Position numbers and translations under genes: made by a program | Shown: positions 46,301 through 58,100 of the stretch, piece after piece | How the letters are laid out: the number at the start of each line of letters is the position of its first letter | Position numbering within the stretch: position 1 is the first letter of the stretch | Assembly: GCA_029717555.1 (NCBI GenBank) | Contig: JAMDHS010000089.1 | Coordinates: 1-64,000, forward strand | DNA from: Peribolospora baueri | Taxonomy: Eukaryota | Length of the DNA: 64,000 nucleotides | Reading direction: 5' to 3' | The notes under the pieces: model-generated | Told to the model about the DNA's origin: nothing | The model's input: the letters and a program-made list of their open reading frames with translations, nothing else | The model's database searches: none

Positions 46301-46871
46301 TTGGAGAGGTGCGAGCCGTCCCAAGATGAGTCGCACGACCACGAGTCGTAGGAGAAGGCCTATTTGTGCCGGTTCTCGTCGCCATGCCCGTCCGAGTTGG
46401 GGAATTGCGCGTTTCGCTCGGCCTAGTCGTCTCCCTCGTGCCCGTGCGGGTCCGGGAAGCATGTCCAGTTGCTCGCGTCTCAGAGGGACCTGTCCGAGTG
46501 GTCCCTGTGTGCATAGGCGACGACGAACCCCTTCCTCCCGTCGGCCTCGTCGTGCCTTCGGAATGCGGAGTGATCCAGTCGGTGCCGAGGGGAATGCTCG
46601 GACCGGTGTACGTAAGGGGAACGTTGACGATACTGTACCCGGTACTGACGGTGGTGGCGGTCCCTACGACGGCCGTCTCGTAAGGGGCGACGGTGCCCTG
46701 CGGATCGTACACGATGAGCGTGCTAGTGTAGGTGTAGGTGATCGTGACGGGTTCAAGAGCGGAATAAGAGAGATAGTCCGGCAACGGCTGGGCCGTTGGT
46801 CCCGGACCTTGGGGACCAGCTGGAACGGTGGTTACCCGTCGTCGTTTGGGGCGGTGCGCGTCGCGCGACAT
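43386..46871 (-). CDS. Large Ser/Thr/Gly-rich single-pass membrane protein (Mid2/mucin-like architecture), function unknown
   Basis: Uninterrupted ORF of more than 1150 codons. Thr-rich ectodomain, TM GQIAGIVIGSLAALLLLLLLCCCVW then RRRR, long low-complexity tail. Start uncertain. Confidence 0.75.
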   Translation of the reverse strand: MSRDAHRPKRRRVTTVPAGPQGPGPTAQPLPDYLSYSALEPVTITYTYTSTLIVYDPQGTVAPYETAVVGTATTVSTGYSIVNVPLTYTGPSIPLGTDWITPHSEGTTRPTGGRGSSSPMHTGTTRTGPSETRATGHASRTRTGTRETTRPSETRNSPTRTGMATRTGTNRPSPTTRGRATHLGTARTSPSHSSAHTTGSASDSTLSRGSVSTNSHGSSTTGTRSSTSVHSSDSVSTLPSGSIINVPPSGTATQGTIPRNYAARLSGGQIAGIVIGSLAALLLLLLCCCVWRRRRNARRRRAMTEADNITPFLGAASSPTGFRRWRTGVLDEGAGEEGTYTQSRRSKGTRGGLALVAAALAGRRARGRAAQDHPDLGSGGEEDEHEAMLSGGSVARRGNPGSGAGGDQMSQRRGLRDMMSDPRGGHAYSAVAGGEELAGAAGLGLAGATLAQSGSNNSNSSHTHTSSSKPSLPPPPRAPRTYGNVSSGGDGSGNESGGSGSKNGGRGGQKGSPSDTSNSSPWSTNTGRFGPFAASTGSAAGSAAVASRSVRQEGQDTESTGLLAGHDADATRDDVPLNEGDVESHRIPSFRSPKFGSGDLGLGAIGHEGGLGASEVAGMGAVGLAGLGLSTLGRGEGEERAPGRDSNGGRRGGGEGVYHRPPSITSSCFGRNGARDSVAAEHEFLARHPEERIGANTPLLGPAAIGAAAAPQPTLISIQAGGSVSGTSAVSSTAPSSHTDSLSLPSSWATRGSSSGSGGAVSGPSRNRVGHRIGSPALSAVGEFGELAAEEEAARRAASLHETSPSPVVGSGAEGGSSVQKRPYPTGSAQGQRSLGVQPPYGSQDTGLYKTPPESSSADPSGANTSSVPPISAYAPRASLIESLGDRWRRLTMGQYALVLPSMSPGPRSGRGTPQFHGHDRSGSISGETGLSAFSGEGSAMLQDARRHASSSSARDSFDRRSYRASVHDVEHSVEPSNGTGSTRDGGGSEAAYSGLSAGYGAGHLRQGSVRSSHSGSGSGTGSGSGHGRGGSSSLGHSVSNSSSSGSRSVRGRRHRQQQHPDRDKSDAGSDVGSIASSVATQGSAGRRASTQAPPPMPAHDVGDHVRSPLSEESTISPTIYDGATASYPEAGSAEPGFRGYGRPSRIPEEAEEEEDGRGAS

Positions 46872-48686
46872 GGCTGCAGAAGTGCGATGAAGAGCTGATA
46901 AGATGAAGAACGTTAAATGGTGAGGGAGAAGAAGTAAAGAGGAAGGTGTCCGTGTTCGAGCGAATGAAAATAACAAAAAATGTCGGATGCGGTGGGGGTA
47001 CCGAGGTCGAGAGGGTAGTCGGGGATCAGTGAAGTCTGGGGTTGTCGATGGCAAGCTCCTGTCGTGGGAGTGAAAAGAGAGAGTCGAAGAGGCTGAGGTG
47101 GCTGTCAGATGTCGTTAAGTCGTTAGATACAGGCCGGCGAGTGTCGAGCCGGTCGGGTATTGTTGGGGCTGTGCCGGGCTGCAAGTCGTAAATGTCGTGC
47201 CTCGTCCGTGGGTCGGGGGGGGGCTGCTGTCCTTGCGGATGGAACCGATAGGTGGCGATGAAGCCGATGGAAGCCGATGGGCCCGGAGCGCTCAAGAAGC
47301 AGAGCGCGGCAGAAAAGGGGAGCGGCGGTGCAGCAAGAGAGGGGGTGGAAAGGTTGGTACGAGGGTGAGGGTGAGGGGAGACCGGCTTGGGACAAACGCG
47401 CTCGGCGAGCTTGAGGCTGTGTGAGCATAACGCCCATGCACGGAAGCGGAATGCCCGGCCGACGCGGGGCGTCGAACGAACGAGCGAGCGAACGGTCGGT
47501 CGGTCGGTCGGTCGGAGGAGAGGAGAAAGAAGCGCCAAAGGAATGGGGGTAGGAGATGACGACGAGCGGCCAGCCGAAGATGGTGGTGGTGGTGGTGGTA
47601 GTGGTGGTGGTTGACGCGAGGGTGGGCGGAAAAACACGAGCCGCCGGCGGCACGTACAGTTTCGCGAGCGTCGATGTACGGGAAGGGAGAAGGGAAGAGG
47701 GAGGGCAGAGGGAAGGCGCCGGGGCAATAAGAGGAGAGACAAAGCAAGACAAGGTCAGTGAGGATGCCCATAGCATAGAGTCCAACAACACTCCACCGGC
47801 CAGCCTCCCAAACATCGATGGAGCGTCGGTCAACCCGCCCGCCGGGCGACCGGCCCTTATGTCGCTCAAGGAAGCACCAATGATGGCGAGCACATAAACG
47901 GAGATCCCCGCCCATTCCTCCTTCTCAACGTCGCTTCTCATCGACATCACCCCTCCCATGGTCGTCGCATGAATCGACCGTCCTGGACGGGGAGAGGCCC
48001 GACGCGCACACCTCACGACCGTCCCCGCGACTGATAAGTCGGTGGCCGTACGTCGACTATTAACAAACAGCACAGTCTCCCAACGAAGAGCCAGTCCGAC
48101 GAGAGCACATAAACCGAAAGAGCTCGTCATCCCCAAGCGGGACCATGGCACGAGCGTCGTCTGCGCGCGGCGATGGGGGCCGGAATGGCTTTCGAGCGAG
48201 CACAGCCCCCCGCTTCGATCGTGCCGGCACGTTCATTAAGGCCGCGAGCCGGAAAAGAGAACAGCCAGACGAGAGGCGCAATCGCCGGCTCACCTCGAGA
48301 GAAACGATGGCCGACCGCCGAGAGGAGGGACGGAGGGGAGGGGGAGAGGGAAGGAGGAGATGGAGTGGGGTTGGTTGGTGGAGGGGTGCAAACACGGGAG
48401 TCCACACCGCTGTAGAAGTTCACTCAGGGGCATCGCGCATCAATTGGACCGCGTTGCCGCAGCACGTCGATCGTTGAACCGTTGGCTCGTCGGCGCGGTT
48501 TCTTTTTTCTTCCGGTCACGTTCCGCGGCCACCGCGGCCAAAAGTTCCGAGCGAGGAGAGGGCCAAGGCGGAGGGAGTTGCGGCACTCTGCGGTCTTGCA
48601 TGGACCCGAGGTTGGTTACATAAGTATGTGTCCGATTAAGCAGGTATTAGGGCGAGCACGCACGAAACGGATCAAGGAAGCGTCTG

Positions 48687-51443
48687 TCAACTCAAGGCCG
48701 CTCTCTTCGTCTCGCCGTCACCGCTGACGCCGGTGCGCGCGTCGGCTTGGCAGACTGGACACCGCCCGGAGACGCCTACTAGCCATTCGTCGACGCAGGA
48801 GCGCTGGACGGCGAGCAAGACGAGAGAATGAAAGGGGTTAGCGAGTCGGTTCAAGTCGACCAGACGTCTTTTCCATGTATGAAATGAAAATGAGGACAGA
48901 ACGAAAAGCGAGAGAGCGAGACTCCACTCACATGCAGCACATGCCCACATCTCAACAACCTCAATGGCTCTATCTCGGATGTGGTCGTCCCCTCGGCCGC
49001 GGGCACCGTTGCCGCCTGTGCTCCGTCCGCTCCTCCATCCGCTTCAGCCTGTCGTTGACCTGCACCTTGATCGTCGGCGCCCGACCCTGCCACGGCCGTG
49101 AGGGAAGACTCTCCTCCACTGGCCCCTTCTCCTTCCCTTCCCAGTCCTGTTTCCGACAAGGAGGGGGGAGAGGAGGATGACGCTTCTCGTGCCGCTCTTT
49201 CCTCCTCCCTCGCCTTCCCCTTCTTCTTCGCCCATTTATCCGCCCAAACGGTCTTATCGTCAGAGACCGGCGCTCCAACCTCACTACCTTTATTCGTCCT
49301 CGACCCTTCTCTCTCTCCCCCGATGCCAGAACTGGACGGCCGCGCGCTCCGAGAGACCGGCCTCCGCCGCCTCTTCGGCGACTCGTCAAAGTCGCACAAG
49401 CAAATCGGGCACGTGGCTCGATGGGCTGGCAGAGGGTGCAGCGGGTACGGCATGGGTCTGTACTTGCCTCCGAGATTCAGCGTTGGCGAGGAGGCCCTAC
49501 CAGAAGCGGAGGAGGAATGGGTGGTTGCCAGTTCGATGTCGTCCGCAGCCGCTGGTCGCACCTGCGTCGGGCTTGCTGGAGGAGGTCCACTGGCGACAAA
49601 TCCGGAGCCATTCCCAGCAGAGCCATTCATGCGTTTGCGGAAAAGACGAATCAATCGACCTTGCGGTCGGACGGGTGTCGGAAGAGGGGTCACTGAAGGG
49701 GACGTGGAGGCATGGACCTCAGTCGGATCTGAAGCGCGAGTCGACCGCTCTTGCAACGACTCTTCTCTCGCAGCACTGATGCTCTCCATGTCACCGTCCT
49801 CCCTACCCTCATCCACGTCATCTCCATCTTCCTCTGGCACGTAGTACACCAGGGGAATCTCGTCCACCTCTTTCTGATCCATTGCGCGGATTTCTGGATG
49901 GATGTTGCCGGGAGCCAGCGGGCCGCGGTTGTGCGTTCCGAGAACGCGGAGCACCAGCTAGAGTTGGTGGGAAGGAAAATAACGAATGTCAAAAGTCGGT
50001 TGGCCGAATGTCGCCTTGGGTGATCGATAACGATCTCCGTACGTCGCATGGAGGACAGAAGACTCACGATGACGAGGGGCAAAGCGACGACGACGGCCAC
50101 GAGGAGGAGAACCACCTCGAGGATGAGGACATATGTCGTCAGCAGGACGACAAGGGCTGACCAATAGAGCGAAGCGGCGCTGTTCCGGCAATCGCCCTCG
50201 GTGGTGGAAGAGAAGAACCAGTAGTTGCCTGAGATTATTGAGACGGAAGCGACCAATTCCCATTCACGAGTTGAGCGAGCCAAGCTCGTAGAAAAGCTAC
50301 CGCGAACGACCCAGCTCACCGACAAAGAACCAGACGGCATGAAAGACGCCCAAAAGGTCGCTCGCCGTCCCAAGCCGACGATCCCAGTTCGCCGAACCGA
50401 CGGGCCGCTCTCTCTCGCGGTCTTGCCACTCCTGGAGCGTCGGTCGTCTGCGATGACCGCTATTGAGGTTGAAGCGACGAAGAATGTTGGATAGTAAGCA
50501 AGGGCGGTGAACGCTCGCGGTCTCATACAAACGAAACTATTTTGGCACTGCTTGCTCACCGGTGCGGACTGGCAGCGAGATAGACGTCGAGCGGAAACTG
50601 TAGCCCTAGGCGGACAAGGTGGACGAGAACGAACACCCATAGCGGCTCGGGGCACGGTTTTTCGTGTGAGAAAGGCGCAGACCGAGCGTTGATAGCCAGA
50701 ATGGGAATGAAGGCTGCGAGCTGCAAGGGGCAGAGGCGGATCAGAGCAGATACGATCCGACGCAAGAGACAGAAGTTTGGCGTACCGTCCGTCGTCAGCC
50801 ATGCGTCTATAAAGCGAAGGAAAGAGAGCAGACTCACCTGCGCAAACAGCAACCCGCACCGTACGCCCAACATCCACTTTGTCCTCCTTCCCATGCCATT
50901 CAGCGCTTCCCTCGCGAGCCAGAACGCATTCCTCCTCACCCGCATCGCCTCTGTATCGCCGTCTGCCGCTCGTGCGGAGGCGGCCTCATATTGAGTCGGC
51001 TCGCCGGATGTTTGGACCGCCGGTGGAGAGGGTCCGTCAGAAGGGGGCTGACGGGCTGAAGGGGAGGCCGAGGTGGTGGACGGCCCTCGAGGGCCGGACG
51101 GCGCATTCGGGTGCTCGCCTAGCTGCAGATGGACACGGAGGTCGGTCGGGGCGGAAGAGGGGGGCAAAACGCCGCCTATCGCATCACCATCGCCGTTCGT
51201 CCTGGTTGCGGCGGCGTCCACGGCGGTATTGGTCGTACCGTGCCCCACGTCCTTCCCACTCGCTCGCCGCGACGGCGGTAGAGAGAGGAGGGGTGATCTG
51301 GGGGCGGCGGCCGCCACGGACGGCACGATGCAGTCTTGCGGAGTAGCCTCGTCAGCGGGAAGATCGTTGCCCTCGTATCCTGGCTGACCGTTCGTCGCGG
51401 GCTGACTGCTGCTTGGGCGGCGTTCAGTGCCCTGATCACTCAT
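48687..51443 (-). CDS. Multi-pass membrane RING-H2 E3 ubiquitin ligase
   Basis: Several TM exons (GNYWFFSSTT..C), then VDEIPLVYY, CPICLCDF...LRLLRCGHVLH|..CVDEWLVGVSGRCPVCQ. Confidence 0.85.
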
Positions 51444-51820
51444 CGGTTCCCAGTGGGTCGACGGCGAGGGGAGATGGAGAGGGCGCGGCAGGATGGGAAG
51501 GACGAAGGCACAGGGTAGTGCGTGACGCCGATGCCTTCTCTCTCCTCTTTTTTTCTTTTTTCTTTCGACGTTGTCCTTGATCCTTTGATCGTTGATGGTT
51601 GACGTCGACGACGATGGCGGACGCGGCCCTGCCAAGCCTGCCAAGCTCAACTCAACCCGTCGTCGCCATCTCCGTTCGTCACGTCAGTCTCAATGGCGGT
51701 GCGTCAGCTGCGGCAACCATGTGGGGAAAGCCACGTCTCGTTGTCGACACGGCTTGCCTTGGATCGTCATCCACTCCGGCTCGCACGTTGGAGAAAGGAA
51801 AGGAAAAAAGGGAGAGAAAC

Positions 51821-53048
51821 ATGGGCATGCCGATCCCAGGCACAGGCAGGTCCAGCGATGTGCCCTTGACGCCAAAGGAGGAGGCGATCAAGTTGATGGA
51901 GCGCAAGAAGGACATCGAGGAGCAGATTGTGAGCAGAGCGAGCGACCGAGCGATCGCCCCATCGCCACCGCCCGTCCTCCCTCGTCCCAGCGACGGCCGC
52001 GTTGTATGAAACTTGAAGACTTGTCCCAAGCTGATTCGGACTCGGCTCTTTGGGTTTTGGTGACTTTAGGAGGCGTACGGGGGCGTATTGCGAACAGTGG
52101 GTGAAAGGGGACATGCGTCGTCGTCCCTCGTCTCGTCCGCACTCAGGCTCACCAAGGCGCCCGCCCATCCACCCTTCCCCTCCTCTTCTGCAAAACGCAG
52201 CAAGGGACGACGCTCACGTCGCCCTTGGTGGACCGAGAGGGATTTCCTTTGGCCACCGTGGATATCCCCGTTGTGCGCGACGCTCGAGCGCACATTCACC
52301 GTTTGCGAAACGATCTCAAGGACGTCATGGGGCAGATTGAGCAAGTCATTCACCTCCTCTACGCTCGGCCCGAGTCGGACACGAATTCATCTGCGCAGGA
52401 GGGACGTGTCGGCGGATCTGGTGGGAGTAGTGCTGGGGCTCAGGAGAAAACATCACAGACAGGCGAGGGCGAGGAACGGCGTGCTTTTGCGATCGTCCAT
52501 TCCGTCGCCACTGGCTCGCCGGCAGAGCAGGCGGTGAGTACCGAGACGACGTGCGACGTCTCCCATAACGCATGTCAGAAAACATCCTTGTCACTTGCTG
52601 ATGTGACCTCGTTCCGATTTGGGCCGCTTGACACGCCCTCTTGATATAGGGCTTGCGCGTTCTAGACAAGATCATCGGTTTTGGCAGTCTGGACCACACG
52701 AACCACAATGGTCTACGAGCTTTGCCCACCGTCGTCCGCGAAGGGGTGAGCATGAGTTTCTCTCGTCGTTGGCCGTCGCCTTTCTCCATCCCTTCGACCT
52801 CTCACTTCCTTCCTTTGGGCGCTGCCGACCCCGGACCCCGAATACAGACTCCGATCAAGGTCAACGTGGACCGCTCTGGCGACATGCTCGAGTTCCATAT
52901 CGTTCCGAGAACCGGCTGGGGTGGCCGGGGGATGCTCGGGTGAGCGGGGTATTCGACTTGGGCCTCTTCGCGCGATTTCCACTCGGTTTCTTTGCTCACT
53001 CAACCACGTCCTTCTTGCCGCAGTTGTCATCTCCTTCCGTCGCCGTAG
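51821..53048 (+). CDS. NAS2: 26S proteasome regulatory-particle assembly chaperone (PSMD9/p27)
   Basis: LMERKKDIEEQI, LVDREGFP..DIPVVRDAR..I.RLRND, PDZ-like FAIVHSVATGSPAEQAGL, C-terminal PRTGWGGRGMLGCHLLP. Confidence 0.92.
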
Positions 53049-53116
53049 TGTGTATATAGCCGCTAGAGATTAGATGACGATGAAGACCACGACCCTGTGG
53101 ATGGCCGTCCGAACAA

Positions 53117-54581
53117 ATGTCTGCTACGTCTGTTGACGGCTTCCGTCAACCGTCTGCCCTCTCCCCCATCCCTCCTCCGCCTCTTCCCTTCCCAACCGAT
53201 CTCAAGCCCCTCGAAAGCCAGGTCGCTGGCCACGCCTCGGGCGTTCTATCTATAGGCGACGGCTCGACGATCGTGAAGCCCTGTCTTGCCACAGAGAGGG
53301 AATTCTATGAGAACGTACGCGATGTCGTAAGCGGGATAAAGACGGACGTAGCAAGGGGACACCACGAGGAGCAGGAGGAGGAGCGATGGAGGGTGGCGGA
53401 GCTTTCGCGATGGATGCCCACCTTCAGAGGTGTCCTGGCCATGCCAGCGGGTGCGGATGAGGAGAAGGGAGAGGGGTTGCCGGCGGAGAATGGGAAGAAG
53501 GTATCTACAGCTAGAAGGAGCGAGGATAAGAGTAAGGAGCACAAAGATGAGTGTCCACCGCCAACGCCGACAGCCCACCGCCCGCTGAGACCATAGGAGT
53601 AGACTGACCCCGCTCATCCCTTCCGGCTCGAAACCAACACAGGCTCTACTGCTCTCCAATCTCACCCACCCCTTCCGTCGTCCCAATGTGCTAGACCTAA
53701 AGCTGGGTACCCAGCTCTGGGACGAGAGGAATGGGACGGATGAGAAGAGGCGGCGGATGGAGAGAGCGGCGACGGAGACTACGAGTGGGAGCGTAGGCGT
53801 CAGGGTCACCGGCTTCCGGGTGAGTTTCTAGGCCACCTCGGATATCAGCCAACCAAAACACCTGCCCATTGTTGAACACAATTCCTTGTCTTGGCTTCTC
53901 TTTCTTCCCACTTCCCGCCACTGCGTACGACACACAAAAAAGACGTGGGATGCATCCCGGTCACAGTACAAGGTGACGACGAAGACGTATGGCAAAGCCA
54001 TCACACCCTCGGACCTGCCGCAGGCGATGAGGAACTTTTTCCCCGCTTCTTGCTTTACCTTTCCCTTGCACGCCTCCGAGATAGAGACAGTCAGAGTGGG
54101 TCAAGACGGTATGGGTGCCGACACGGCAGAGGTGATGATGACAACGACATCCGACTCCAACTTGAACCGGTGCCAACCTACGCTTCCTCCGGAGCTCATG
54201 CTCCAGGTGGTACGAAGGGTGCGTGATGCGACTGAAAAGATCGAGGAGACGCTCAAGGGACTGGAAGTGCGCATACGAGCGGGGAGCCTGTTGGTCGTGT
54301 ACGAGGGAGACGAGGTGGCCTTGGACGAGGCACTGAAGCGCGAGCGCTCTGCAAGGCTCCGGGAAGAGGGAAGGATAGAGGCTCAGGAAGGCAGGATGGC
54401 CGTGGACGTCAAGTTGATCGACTTTGCGCATGCTTGGTTCGCCCCCAGCTCTGGCCCCGATCAAGGGTTGCTACGAGGATTGAAGACGGTCAGGGAGCTA
54501 GTCCAAGGGATAGTGGACGAGTTGGAACAATACGGCTCACGTCAGGATTCTAGCAGGCCTACAAAACTCACCGAACATTAG
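53117..54581 (+). CDS. ARG82: Inositol polyphosphate multikinase (IPK family)
   Basis: QVAGH, EREFYE, PNVLDLKLGT (PxxxDxKxG), SLLVVYEGD, VKLIDFAH, GPDQGLLRGL. Two introns. Confidence 0.88.
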
Positions 54582-55116
54582 GACATGTCACAGGCATGGA
54601 TACCCGTCGCGCACCCACTTCAGAGGTACCTGTACAACGCGTATCCTGTCAATTTTCTCTTCCATGACCCGTCGTCTCTAATCCAGTGTAGACTGCCATG
54701 TGTGACGAGCAAGCAGTTGAGCGCTGAATTCTTCACCGAATACTGAAGCCACATACACTGCGAGCACTGGAGCTCGCACCGGAATCGGAAATAGGTATAG
54801 CCGATCCGAGTATCCAAGCAACCTACCGCACCATCACAGGGTCAACAACGACTTGCCCGTCGTTAATCAGTGCTGTTGAGAAGTGGGCGGTCTACCGGGC
54901 TCGGCCTCACGGCCAGAAAGTCGAAATAGAAAAAAGTACAAGTTGAAGGGGGGTACTAGAGTACTGAAGTACTCGTAGAGTACATAGTGTGGGTATCGAT
55001 CGAGAAACCGAATGCTGGCACAGGAATAAGACAAATCCGACAATCGATGCAGGTGTGAGAGGTGAGCGAGCAACACGACGGCCGATTTTGTTTTTGTATA
55101 CGCGAGATTGACGGCC

Positions 55117-58100
55117 CTAGGAGCTCATCAAGCGCCGACAGAGCCCGAAAGCGACGATCCAGGCCGGTTGGGTCAGAGAACGGACGGTAATCGCCGCTCG
55201 CTCTCTTCGTCGTCCTCGAAGGCCCGCCGGCTCTGCAAGGGAGGATAAGTCGTATCTGTCCCGAGACGAAAAACACAAGTTGTGAGACGCGTCGTACTGA
55301 CCGCCGTCGAGCACAATCGACTTACCAGGGATAGCTTGGAAGTAGCACTCCATGCTCGTCCGGAAGCGTTGTGCGTAGTCTTTCGGAGGCAAAACTGTAA
55401 CGTTACCCTTCGCTGGACCAGCCTTCAACGCCCGCTTGCCAGAATGTTCCAGCTGCTTCGCCCTGCGCAAGGCGAGGGACAAGATGGAGAACATCGACGG
55501 TCAAGGCCTTTCCGAAGCGAATTCCACACGTTGGCTATGTTACGCGTGCGAACTTACAGCGTGAAAGCGCCGACATAGTCGACGATGCGCAGACGGAAAG
55601 CCTTGTTCTTCTCGTCGACGCCCAGGAGCAAGCTGTGAAGCGGACAAGGGTTACAAATCGGCGTCTGAACGTCTCCATCAAAAAGGCCAACACTACGCCA
55701 GAAGCGGTCAATCGACGCACGAGTAATCCATAACGTTGCTGTTCATCAGGAAAGTCAAGTCGTTGTCGAGAGCCCGACCGAACATGTCCTTGTCGCGCTC
55801 CGAGACGTACGCCCGGGACTTGTAGTCTGAAGGCGAGAGCGGCATGAACCGACCGAGACGAGACAGCAGACCGAGACGAGACCAGCATGAACAGACCACG
55901 ACTTTCCATAGCTGGTATGGCAGGTGAAGGGCCACTCACTATCGATCCACTCGCCATCCCACCAGACGGCACTCGTGGCTTCGGCTGGTCCATTTTTGAC
56001 CCTTCGCTCTCGAATGCCTGACGCGCGCGGCGTAAACGACCGTAAACGGCATAATCAGCACTGAACGACGGACCCAAATCGTGCTGCTTCCTTACCTTTG
56101 AGGTCGAAGCGCACGCTTTCTCCCTCGTCGCCAAAGAAGACGTTCTCGAGGATCATCAGGTTAAGCTTGAGCTTCGTCTCGCCTTTCTGCATGTCCTTGA
56201 TCTTCACAGAGTAAACGCCCAGGATCTTGACGAGACACGTTGGCTCGTTCTGGTCGGAACCAAGCAAACAGGGTAACGTCAAAGGCGAGGAGCGGGGAAC
56301 TGCCTGTCACGTTCCGGCCGGCGACTTAGAGACCTACCTGGACGGCAGCGCGGAGCATGTACCGTATGTAGCTCGGAGCAAAGTCGAGAAACGCCTCTTT
56401 CTCGTCCACGCTCCAGATTGTCTGCAAAGACTTGGCGATAAAGCGATCGTCGTTCGTCTTGAAAAAATGGCTCTTGGACTTTCCGCCAGACGCGTTCCAT
56501 TTGGAGGACCTGCGTCGAAGCGCGAAAGACGGGAGTCGGTGAGCGGGAACGAATACCAGTTGCAAGTATGATGGTTGCTAGGGAAGATTTACCTCGACAG
56601 AGACTGGATAAAGACGTCTTCGACCTCCCACTTCTTCCGAAGGTCCGCAAACTCCTCTGCGAACCACGAGACGCAAGAAATCTTTGTCGTGCCGTGGGCA
56701 AAGGCTGCGATAGGGACAAAATGATAAAAGGCGGGGCAAATTAATCTCCTCACTGATAGAAATCGAAAAAAAAAACTTCCACATGTCCCCTTTTGCTCAC
56801 TGTGCTTGATATGCGGGCTGTCCAGCACAGTCTCCCCATCTCGGGTAGACGAAAAGTCGTCACCGATCCTGGCAGATTCGGGCCGCCTGGCTCGTATGCT
56901 GCCTAGATTGCTTCCCAAGCTCCAAAGCGCGTTCAAACCGCTGGCAGCAAGGCTGACTGGCTCGTCCTTGGACTGTCCTCCACGTTCCGGCGACCGTTGG
57001 CCGTCCCGCATCCCCGCCATTGTCGTAGGACTAGAGACATTTCTCGTCTCCCGAGTGAAAATATTGGTCAGACTGTCCGGTCGTCCAGACAAGGGAGGAA
57101 GTTCGGCTCGGAAAGTGTCCTGCGAGCTCGAGCTACCGAGCGTATCGTCGCTCGTCTTTTTGCTCAGCGTGTGAGTCGGAGGATGGCTACTGTTGGAAAC
57201 GGTTGCGTGGTTTGAAGTCGAGCCAAGTTCCATTATAGCAGGATCGAGCGCAGACGCTCCAGCGGCGGCGAGACTGAGAGCATCGAGGCCCCGGGCATCT
57301 TCGGTATCATGGCTTTGGTCGAAAGAGAGCACGTCCACTTCGCTGTGGGGCGTGCTCACTTGCGAACCCGCGGGGGACGATGTGGCTGACGCCGCCGATG
57401 AAGAAGTCGACGATGACACCCGACGGAGAGTCAGGGAGAGGATGGACGAGTCCCTTCCGTGCTTCTTGCGCTTTACTGAGGACATCACGGGGTCAGGATC
57501 GAAGAAGACTGAGTCGAAATCGGGGTCGAGAGGCATCGAGTGGCTCGACCTTAGACCGCTCGCAGTGTCTGGGAACGGTGAGGGTGGGATGTGAGGGCTC
57601 GGGGCGCTCGACGCCACGGTTGAGCGCCATGAAAGCACTTGAGAAGTCTTGTCGTTGAGGCTGGAGGAAAATTCGCTCGCAGTCGCAGACGGTTCCGGTT
57701 TGTCCATCTTTCTGAGCTCCGCTTGAAAGTCGCGAGAGCTGTAGGAGAGAACCGCGAGAAACACTTGGCCTCATGAGCACGGCTGCAAAACTGACAGTAC
57801 TTTATAACTTGGCCAACGACGTACCTAAGAGAAAAGGCGACGATGGACACCGGCTCTTCCTCCCTGACGACGACGTTGCTTCCCGGGAACGTGTGCAGCG
57901 AGGACGAAGCATACTCAGGCTCGTCGTACGGATCTTCGACCACATTCTGCCGATCTTGCTCTGATAGGTGCTTGAGCTTCCACGCGGCCAGTCGATTTTT
58001 GGCAGACGTTGCTCGATCGAGGAAGGCCAATCTGAGATCGTTCACCGATCCAGCTGGAAGGAACGAGGGAAAAGGTCATTAAAGAGTGGCTCCGATGTAC

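Noticed and set aside
47026..48620. ORFs of 200-340 aa in the long intergenic region
   Set aside because: They span (CGGT)n and (GGT)n microsatellites, have no domain motifs, and many have non-ATG starts.
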